DNA of 64,000 nucleotides from Hamiltosporidium tvaerminnensis FI-OER-3-3 (taxonomy: Eukaryota; Fungi; Microsporidia): contig JAKIMF020000011.1 of NCBI GenBank assembly GCA_022605425.2, positions 310,001 through 374,000 on the forward strand, given 5' to 3'. The notes under the pieces were generated by a model. That model saw nothing but the letters and a program-made list of their open reading frames with translations, was not told the origin of the DNA and did not search any database. Positions 54,429 to 63,439 of this stretch are shown piece by piece (within the stretch, counting starts at the first letter, position 1; each line of letters opens with the position of its first letter). The translations under genes and the position numbers were made by a program.

Positions 54429-54665
54429 CCCCACCATGCAGGGAGCAGAATTGGCTCGGTTTATTCTCTGCTTGTCATAAGAGGCATCTAAAAGAAACTG
54501 ATCATCCATGTTGGGCTTGGACGTAGGGCTAACAACCCACCCATTAAAACTACCTCGTTACGAAACCCGATAAGTAAACAAACCCACGGGAAAAAAACCG
54601 GTGGACAGTATTACTAAGAGAGGCAAAGGCTCGCTCAGGGCTGTAGTGTCAAAGATGAATGGTGT
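54429..54665 (+). mobile_element. RTE-derived non-autonomous (SINE-like) element
   Basis: An RTE 5'UTR-type motif (TCCATGTTGGGCTTGGACGTAGGGCTAACAACCCACCC-ATTAAAA...GTTACGAAAC) is joined directly to the last codons of an RTE ORF (REKNRWTVLLREAKARSGL*) and the tail GGGCTGTAGTGTCAAAGATG. Family recognised from memory of RTE consensus motifs. Confidence 0.65.
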
Positions 54666-56052
54666 AATTTCATGACAATAGCTTACAATATTTTTATCTA
54701 ATTTTAATATAACTTATAATTTTATAGTTATCAAATAAGGTATATAGGTTTTTCATCTCAACTGATTTCTTTAAATTCCACCTTCACCCGATGACTTTAC
54801 TTGCGTAAAAAATTTGGTTTTTCCTATTTTAGTTTTTATTCTTAGTATGATTTTTGTTAATTAGATATTTTGAATGAAAACGGCGTTGATTTATCGCCTC
54901 ACAATTTTTTCTTGTATAAACTGTATGAGTTGTAGAGATCAATTTTTATAATAGCTCGTCTTTAAAATATTATAACACAAAAAAACCACAAAGCTATCAT
55001 AAAAAAACAAGGATACGGAGCCAAAGTAATTTTCTGAACCAATATAATCCTTTCTCAGATTAAATTTTAAACAAAAACATCTCTAAGTATGGTTTTGAAT
55101 TTAGATTCAAACTGACTAGACACTTATCCAACATGATTGAAGATATATTCTTTTATTTCAATTTTGCTTGGAATCTTTTTTTATCAAAAAGAATTTCATT
55201 TAATATCAACAGACATTCATTTCAATGACAAAAAATGTAAAAGATATTTTGAATAATATTTTTAAATTTTTAATTCAAGTTGTGGTTTTTAAATTTGAAA
55301 TTTTGGCATTTATTTGATTAAATTTCTCGTTTAATATTAGATTCTAATAAAGTTTTTTTACTTATATTTGTCTTATTTGATAAATAAAAAATTTTTTAAT
55401 TTATGGCTTCAACAAAAACTATTTCATTAGTTCTTTTTTAAATGACAAATCACAAAAAAATTATTCTTTGATAAAATATAACGATAAATATAATAAAAAA
55501 AAGCGGCATTAAAAAAATAGATGAATATAGTTATAGTATCTGTAGAATATTTTTTTAAGAATGTGCGGCAGTCTAATTACTAAGAATTTAATATGAAAAT
55601 TAATATCAAAAAAAAACCAGAAAAAGAAATTTAACCATTAAATGGTGCAAAAAAACGATACTTAAATGGAAATAAAAGTAAAAAACAGAATTATAAGTGA
55701 AGTTCTAAATTCTAATTGGAAAAATACATTTTTTAATTCGGTAAATAAATTATATAAATAATTTTTTTGCCTATAAATTATTGTTTGCTTCGAAGTTTAA
55801 CAGACTAAATTTATACTTTTAGCTCATTTATATTAAAGAAATGGTAAAACAAATTTTAAATATTAATGTGAACTTTTAAAATAGAAGTTTATATTAAGAT
55901 ATTTTTGGTTAATTACTAATTAATAATCTATTAAATTCTTTGATTTAATAAATAATTAGAATCAAGAAATGATAAGAATTCATGAGAAAAATTAATATGA
56001 ATTTGTTTTTGAACTAATCGAATCCTATAGAAATTTTTTTAACAATATTCTA

Positions 56053-56725
56053 TCTTTTTAAAACAATAGCAAGTGTTATATTGTTTTCATAACATTATAG
56101 TAGTTCTAGATTTAACATGAATAACTGAGCCAACACTCAATCAATACAGGATACTTTCATCCCAGAGGCATGTAACACGCAATCAATGAACGAGGCAGGC
56201 TCATGAACCTCGTTAATGCCCGTAAAATGGTATATGATTGTAGATCGAATTCCTTTCTAGACTCACCAAAAATCAGGAGCATGATCACTTACTATCAGTT
56301 TCCGAACCTAATAACCATTTAGCTAGGATATATCTCGGCAACTAAATAAGGTCCACTTAGACAGTGCAATATCATACCAACAGATATAACCTGCTACTCA
56401 ACCCTCCTGGCTTTTAAGTTTTCGTTTTTGTATCTCCCAGGCGCTAAGTCTTTAAATCCGAATGAGCAAGGCTGGGTTTTCTTACTTTTACATCGCAATT
56501 CCTTTAATTTCTGCTGCAATGGTCGATTTAGTTACACAAGAAACTATAAAATATATTTTTAGAAAATGTTTCGAGAGTTTCTAGAGTTTCCTCTTCACAC
56601 AAATTTCCATTGAAAAATCGAAAAAAAAAGTGATTCTAGACATACAAAAACAAAAAAATGCTCTTTACACCAATTTCACATACTGATTGCTAGGGAGATG
56701 GTTTTAATCGTGATTATAACCTCTT
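56053..56725 (+). repeat. Dispersed repeat, long form, copy L-A
   Basis: GCAAGTGTTATATT...CTTAGACAGTGCAAT...TATAACCTGCTACT...CAGGCGCTAAGTC...GAGCAAGGCT, collinear with 61093-61797. Locally GC-richer than its flanks. Confidence 0.88.
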
Positions 56726-56870
56726 TACCAAACAGAAAAATATAAAAAATATATTATAAGTCTCTATTTTTAATTTTTACGTTTGATAAATATAATTATA
56801 ATTCTGGAAAAAAAAAATAAAAAAAAATTTACTGATCTCTCACAAATAAAAAAACAGTTAAAAACAGTTA

Positions 56871-56888
56871 AAAATATTCCCTAGGAAA
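56871..56888 (+). promoter_or_regulatory. CCC-like motif upstream of the NAD kinase start
   Basis: AAAATATTCCCTAGGAAA-ATG, with CCC at 56879-56881, preceded by a duplicated AAAACAGTTA 10-mer. Confidence 0.55.
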
Positions 56889-57650
56889 ATGTTTCTTGTG
56901 TTTTATCAAATGATAAAAGAAAAAGAAGTCGAAAAATCTTTTCAATTTATAAAAGATAATTTGAATTGTTGTTTTTCTCTTGAAAAACTAAATATAAAAG
57001 AAATAAAAGGTATTTTTATTTTGGGTGGAGATGGAACGGTTTTGAAAATATTACAAAAATTAAATATGAGTGAAATTCCAGATATTTACGCTGTAAATCA
57101 CGGATTTAAAGGATTTTTGTGTCCTATAAAACCATCAGAAGTAGAAAAAATGGTTTTAAAAATTAATAAAAATGAAAATGAAATAAAATTTTTAAAACGA
57201 AAACGACTCTGTTTAAAGGATGGCGGATATTTCTTAAATGATGTTATAATTACAAGAAAAGCGTGTGGAAAACTAAATAAATTTAAAATTTTTATCGATA
57301 ATAAATTTATTTGTGAAATCAGATGTGATTCGGTTATTATTGCTACCCCTACAGGATCATCCGGTTACAACTTATCTGCAGGCGGCTCTATAGTTTCAAA
57401 CGATTGTAACGTAATGATCATAACCTTTGTATGCCCACCAGATACCAAAATAAAATCGATGGCCGTTCCAATAACTAGTAAAATTACAGTTAAACTTCAA
57501 AAATTTCCTGATGCAGAATCGATTTGTATTATCGATGGAGGCAATGAAATAGTAGGAAAAGAAGAATATGAAATTAATAATGATAATTCTTTTGTACGTT
57601 TCGCTTATTTAGATGAAAATCAAAGTGTATTAACAGAATTGTTTAAATAG
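56889..57650 (+). CDS. ATP-NAD kinase
   Basis: Signature LGGDGT, the FLND (NE/D) motif and the glycine-rich IIATPTGSSGYNLSAGG; 253 aa, intact. Confidence 0.95.
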   Translation: MFLVFYQMIKEKEVEKSFQFIKDNLNCCFSLEKLNIKEIKGIFILGGDGTVLKILQKLNMSEIPDIYAVNHGFKGFLCPIKPSEVEKMVLKINKNENEIKFLKRKRLCLKDGGYFLNDVIITRKACGKLNKFKIFIDNKFICEIRCDSVIIATPTGSSGYNLSAGGSIVSNDCNVMIITFVCPPDTKIKSMAVPITSKITVKLQKFPDAESICIIDGGNEIVGKEEYEINNDNSFVRFAYLDENQSVLTELFK

Positions 57651-57659
57651 TAGAAAATC

Positions 57660-58640
57660 GTTTAATTAAAATTTCGGGGAATGATATTTTTCTATTCATA
57701 CACTCATCACCATCTACATAATCTCATTTCCTCTTTAAATCCGATGTTTCATCTTGATTGATTATCAGTTCCTCCAAGGTGTTTACTTCGACTAAAATAA
57801 GGGTTGTGTTATGTTTTGTTTTTTAGTTTACCTCTATTTTACCCGTTCTTCACTTGCTTCAAAGATGTGTTGGTTTTGTATAATATCAGCACCTTATCAA
57901 CATTCAATAACGCACTCTCCCAGCTCTTTTCGGTATTTGGTCTAGTTTCAAGTTCTTTTCCTAAATCAGAAGAAATCGATTCGACTGTCATTTTATACTT
58001 TATCGACCCAATGAATCTTTCTACATCCACAGGTACTTGAAGTAAGTGCAGTTAGTCTTGTATCACTTTGTAAAAAAACCGCCACGTCATCAGATAAGGC
58101 ATTATCTCAACTCTAAGTCATAGATAAGACCAAAATATTTTGCATAATATTATACCTAAATTTTTTCGGTATGCCTTTTTTGAAGTTAATCTGAGTAAGT
58201 AATTCCTATATCGACGAAAATTATTGAATTTTTACTTTTATCATACCCGAATATAACTAGTCTATTATTCCTAACTATAAATTGGTTTTTAGTCTGTTTT
58301 ATCTTCTACTCCTAATATAGTCTATATCTAGAAATCTCGAACAAAATGTATTCTAACTTTTTGGAATTTTTTTTTAAATCTATTTTAGAGAGGCGGGAGT
58401 CTATAAACCACTTTATTTTCGTTTGGTATAGATATGTCGCTAATTATTCTCACATCGAGTCGCCAAATGCCCTATTTTGTTCTGGACTGATTGTTCAGAG
58501 AACACGCACTTATGCGCCTGAATATACATTTCTATCTCATAAACAACAGAATACTGTTTCATCACTCGGTCTTGGATTTTCTTTCTTTACTATCTTAAGG
58601 GATCTTGCTCACACGAACTTATATTTTCTTGCATAAATAA
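57660..58640 (-). mobile_element. Old 3' fragment of the RLE-type non-LTR retrotransposon (copy 4, inverted)
   Basis: Minus strand reads GATAGAAATGTAT, HLATRCE and NNRLVIFGYDKSKNSIIFVDIGIT...TEK...FGLIY. ORF 57839-58030 TVESISSDLGKELETRPNTEKSWESALLNV aligns to TVETFSFDRRRGLESGLNAEESW*RASMGV of copy 1. Similarity continues to the element's 3' end. Confidence 0.85.
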
Positions 58641-58671
58641 CGTTACTGAGCATAGAAAATATAAAGAATAC

Positions 58672-59372
58672 CACATATTTTGTAAAAAATGGCAAGTATT
58701 ATAATATGTTCATCAATTAATGCAGTTTTGGGTTTAGCACAAGCAAAAGCTACCCAAATACTCCATCAAAGCCCCCAGGATACCTATATACGTACCTTTC
58801 ATCAATAAAGGGAGTGGAATCTAAAAAATAGACGAGGAAAATGCCTGCAGTACATTAACGCTAGTTATATGGTGTAGGGTTGTAGGCCGAAATCCACACC
58901 GGGCTCCCCAAGACTAAAAAGCATTTTACTTAGTCTATAATTTCCAAAGTAAAAAACTCTTAGTACAGATAAATTCCAGGGACTTTAATGGAATTCACAT
59001 TGACCGCGCAATGTGAATGCAACAGGTATAACTTTTTGCTAACATGCTTGGCTTGCTAAGTTTTGTTTTTTTTACATTTCTCAGACTACAAGTCTTCTAA
59101 CCCGAGTGAGCAAGGCTAAGTTTCCAGGCTTGTAGTTGGTAAAAAAACCAAACCTACAGTCCAAGCTTCGAATATAGGAGCATAAAAGCCACGAAATAAA
59201 CGCGTGGAAAAAAATTAACTATTTCTTTGGCCTTCTCTCTCTCAATAAACTTTCATAGAACAATCGAAGATGTAGAGTGGCCTAATTTCAACAAAAATTC
59301 GAACAATAATCTTAACTTTGATTTCACAAACTCATTGCTAAGCAGAAGGTTTTTTATTTGGTTATCTTCACA
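58672..59372 (+). repeat. Dispersed repeat, long form, copy L-B (most diverged)
   Basis: ATGGCAAGTATTATA...GCTACCCAAATACTCCATC...GGGCTCCCCAAGACT...AAGTCTTCTAACCCGAGTGAGCAAGGCTA...CGAAGATGTAG...GGTTATCTTC, collinear with L-C. Confidence 0.85.
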
Positions 59373-59484
59373 ATACAAAAAAAAATATTAAAAATATAAA
59401 TCTAATATTTATAAAAATATCTAAAAAATGACTTTTTATTCGTGTAATTAAAATAAAAACCAAATCATAAAATTTGTTTTTATT

Positions 59485-59685
59485 TTATTTACCACAACAA
59501 TCTATTTTTTTAAGTATTTTTTGTAAAAAAGATTCATCATTAAGTCTTCTAATTGTTCTTTTTTTAAGATATTTACGTATTTCCATATAACTATACATTA
59601 AAATACATAGAAATGTAAGAATACCAGACCATAAAAGCATATCCTTTAATGTTATTTCTGTATCACCAACTTCAAATAAACTCAT
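59485..59685 (-). CDS. Small single-pass membrane protein, 66 aa
   Basis: ATG preceded by AATTAAATCCTT (AT-rich plus CC-like motif). One TM segment (MLLWSGILTFLCILMYSYM) followed by basic RKYLKKRTIRR; ends in CCGK. Confidence 0.6.
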   Translation of the reverse strand: MSLFEVGDTEITLKDMLLWSGILTFLCILMYSYMEIRKYLKKRTIRRLNDESFLQKILKKIDCCGK

Positions 59686-61092
59686 AAGGATTTAATTATT
59701 TATTTTATTTTTATTTTTTATTTTTTTAATAAAACCTTTTAAGGAAGTTTAATAAAAAAAAATAAAATTTAAGCATAGAAAATCAAATTATATTATTAAA
59801 AATATTCTTAGAGTTTAAAGCAATCAAAAATTTATGAAAAATATTAATAATTTATCTTTACAATTATAATAAAATATTGTAAAGAATTACCTGCTTTGCA
59901 TTTGTTTATTGTTTTAGATAGATTGGAACGAATTATTGTGTAGCAGATTAAGGTCCAAAATTCAATTTGTTTTTTATGATTTTGTTACAAAAACTTATTT
60001 TTAAAATTTGGATTCTTAAGATGATTTAAAAAAAAGAAGATTCGTTTTATAAAATTAAATTATTATATTGTAAACAGTGTTGTTTATAATACCAAAACAA
60101 CTTTGTTTCTGGATCGAAACATGAATCTAAATTCCAATATTGCATTAAATCATTGATTTTAAAAATAAAATTCAATTCATTGATACTGAAAATCGGCCAA
60201 ATACCCGCACGCACTTTATAACCAAAATTATCTATAAATAGCCCTTGTATTAGTAATTTGAGTTTAGTTCATAAATTTTATGATATTTATTTTTATATTT
60301 TGGGTTATTCAAAATAAAATAAAAAAATATTTGGAATCAATTCTTCGTTAGGCTTTATAAATATATTAGTTAGACAAAAGATCAAGAAATGTTCTTATCA
60401 TATAAACCATATATAAATATCTTGAATGAATTTAGAAATCTCACAAATGCTTATATTAATCCTACTGCTTATTGTTAAATAAATTAAAATAGCAGACAAA
60501 TAAAAGAAATTTAATTTATCTATTAGAAAAATAATTAGCAAATTGCATAAAATGATGAAATATTTCAAATAAATAGAATAACTGCTGACTAACAATGTCA
60601 TTTTTGGCTTATAATGTTATAAAAATTATATTATAAATATCAATAAAGTATTAAGATCACAGATTTAAGGATAAAAAATTTCATTATTACAGTTTTATAG
60701 AAAAATTATATTATAAAGCACAAGAAACAAATGAATATATTGATAAGAAAGATTTTTAGTCAATTTATATTTATGAGGTGCTCATATATATTTTCTGATA
60801 TTATCAATAATACTATGTTAGTTAGTAGTACTTAATACAAATAATTTTTTTATTCTTAAATAGAAAATAGATATTTTAGATCTATTTAAACATAAAACAA
60901 TAAATTTCTGGAAATGCAAATCATACACAACCCAAAAGGTTTATTCTTAAAAGAAATATCGTCTCAATTAAATATCAGGACTTTAAAGATAGATTAAAAT
61001 ATTTAAATATTTAAATAAATTTTATAGGTAAAAGCAGTGCCATATAAGTATATACAAGGAAATTGATAATCCAGAACTTTATTTAAAAGTAT

Positions 61093-61797
61093 CACATCTT
61101 TTTAAAATAGTGGCAAGTGTTATATTTGTTTTCATGACATTAACGCAGTTCTAGGTTTAACATAAATAACAGCTACCCCAACACTCCATCAGTACCACCT
61201 ACAATACCTACATCCCAGAGCCATTATCTACCAGGTGTAAAGAAACTAATTAATAGGCGAGTAGTTGCCCGGAGTTCGTTAATGTCCGTTGCATGAAGTG
61301 TAATCGAAGGTTGAAACCCCCCGGGGCTCTCCCATTACATGCTGCATTCTCACTTACTCTACCTTTTCTGAACCCTATAAACTTCTAGCTAAGATATATT
61401 TCAGCGACTTACATAGGATCTACTTAGACAGTGCAATCTCATACTAACAGGTATAACCTGCTACTAAGCTCTTCGGGCTTTTAATGGGCGTTATTTTTAT
61501 ATCACACAGGGCGCTAAGTCTCCTAACCCGAGTGAGCAAGGCTAGGTATCCATGCTTTTACATGGCAATTACCTACAATTTTGGCTGCGGTCTGCAATCT
61601 GGTTACATAAAAAACTACAAATAAATCGTATAAAAAGTTTCTCCATTTCTTAAACCTCTCCTCCTCATAACAACTCCCATGGAACAACCGAAGATGTAGT
61701 GTGGTTTTATTCCAACTAAAAATCCAAGCAATTATCTCACACCAGTTTCACATACTCATACCAGGAAGAATGTTTTTTATGTGGTTATCTTCCCTAC
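61093..61797 (+). repeat. Dispersed repeat, long form, copy L-C
   Basis: Complete ~700-bp copy. 61130-61687 is a close inverted match to 63440-64000, and the last ~115 bp match the terminal module of the short form. Confidence 0.92.
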
Positions 61798-61935
61798 AAA
61801 TTTCACATCAATTAAAACAATATTATATAATTTTATAATAGTAATAAAGCCAAACCATGAAGTAAAATCAATGAGAGTTCTAATAAATTTAATATATTCT
61901 CAATATTTTTTGTTTAGCTATAAATATTATAGGGT

Positions 61936-62100
61936 TTTTCGATCAATATAATAATCCTTGCAATCAATATAATAATTTTTCGATCAATATAATAATCCTT
62001 GCAATCAATATAATAATTTTTCGATCAATATAATAATCCTTGCAATCAATATAATAATCCTTGCAATCAATATAATAATCCTTGCAATCAATATAATAAT
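61936..62100 (+). repeat. Tandem array of eight 20/21-bp units in the left TIR (order ABABABBB)
   Basis: A = TTTTCGATCAATATAATAAT (20 bp), B = CCTTGCAATCAATATAATAAT (21 bp). All units are perfect and share the core ATCAATATAATAAT. Confidence 0.95.
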
Positions 62101-62156
62101 TATTTTAAAAAAATAGAAATTTAAAAAATAAAATTATAGATAGTACTTGAGATTTA

Positions 62157-63323
62157 TTATTCAAGAGTCACTTGCCCTACTTCAGACTTTTGCAAATATC
62201 CTAAAATTTTACGGTAAAAAGAACTACAATGTTCTCCCGTGATCTCATTAAATTTTTCACAAATTAATATTCTCAACTGAAGCTCAGTAAGAGCACCGCC
62301 TCGAATTACTTTATTTTTCCAGACTGACAATACATTCTCAATTGGATTAAGAAATGGAGAGTAAGGTGGAAGATATTTTATCATACGAAGCAATTTCCTC
62401 ATCATCATTCAATACCCGATAGTGATGAATTCTCGCATTGTCCATTACAAATATTGGAGTCTAAGTTCCTTGCCGTTGACAACTTTCATTAATCTCCTTA
62501 ATGTATAATTTTAAATCCTCATCATTTATGGCCCTCTCATGAATCTTATGGTATATCATACCATATTTGTTCATTGCTGCGACTACTGAAATATTTCTAC
62601 TTCGAGCTGCTGTTACAGATAGGTATGCAGATTCACCTCTCATGTTACGACCTCTACTGGGGCGTGTGACTACTGCAAACCCAACTTCATCTAAAAAGAC
62701 AAAGTTTTTTCATCGTTATCAACCTCCAACTCACGAAAACTAGTTGCGTAATTGGTTCTTAGCTCAATTGTCGAAAGTGTATTTCTACGCTCAGACACTA
62801 ATGTTACACGCTTTAGAGTGTAATGGAACTCCCTTAGTGCGCGATCAATTGTACTAGTTGACACATCAATATTAAATGTACATTTGACCCATTCTGCCAA
62901 CTCATACAGGGTTTTTGTACATTCCAAATCAACATAGGCTTGTAAGCTCTCTTTTATTTCCAAGCTTAACTTTGAGCGCCTATCACCACCTCTTTTATCG
63001 ACAAATACCAAGCCAGTTTTAAAATATCGTCTAACGATACTATTAACCGTCTGGTAATTTATTCGATACATCGAGGCAATTGCGGACATAGAATAGCCTT
63101 CTAATGTCTTTTCAATTATGCGTTCCCGATCATTAATAGAAACTTTTTGTTTCCTCAGAGTTGGAATGGTGGATAGTGAGAGATTTTCATCATGCGATCC
63201 AGATGTTTCTACAAGACACTTCAAAACATTGTCATTTTCGCACTCTATATATTCCGGTGTTTCACCTACATGAAAATCATATTTGTTCTCGTTGGTATTT
63301 TTACCTGAAAAAGAATTTGACAT
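62157..63323 (-). pseudogene. Tc1-like transposase (HTH + DDE, approx. DD34E), three lesions
   Basis: HTH region (YSMSAIASMYRINYQTVNSIVRRYFKTG...RGGDRRSKL; VSTSTIDRAL) plus FVFLDEVGF, FVMDNARIHH and YLPPYSPFLNPIE. Lesions are a frameshift in an A6 run at ~62705-62710, an in-frame TAG at 62461-62463 and a frameshift at ~62382. Confidence 0.9.
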
Positions 63324-63439
63324 GGGGGTTAATTTTATAATGAATGAATTATTTTTTAAATTTTTATTTTATAAATTTCTATTTTTTTAATTTTTTTATA
63401 AATTTCTATTTTTTTAAAATAATTATTATATTGATTGCA

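Larger units (their letters stand above)
61930..63439 (-). mobile_element. Tc1/IS630-superfamily DNA transposon, right TIR truncated
   Basis: TA followed by TAGGG at 61928-61934, then the subterminal array. The ~41-bp TGCAATCAATATAATAATTATTTTAAAAAAATAGAAATTTA at 62083-62123 is repeated inverted at ~63399-63439, flanking a transposase. Confidence 0.88.

Noticed and set aside
61936-62100. CRISPR-like array
   Set aside because: Units are directly adjacent with only two alternating 6-7-nt variants and no unique spacers. There are no cas genes, and the array is part of a transposon TIR.
62690-62715. IS630-style programmed -1 frameshift at the A6 run
   Set aside because: The codon phase (GAA AAA ACT) is not a canonical slippery heptamer, and the gene has a further stop and a second frameshift, so decay is the simpler explanation.
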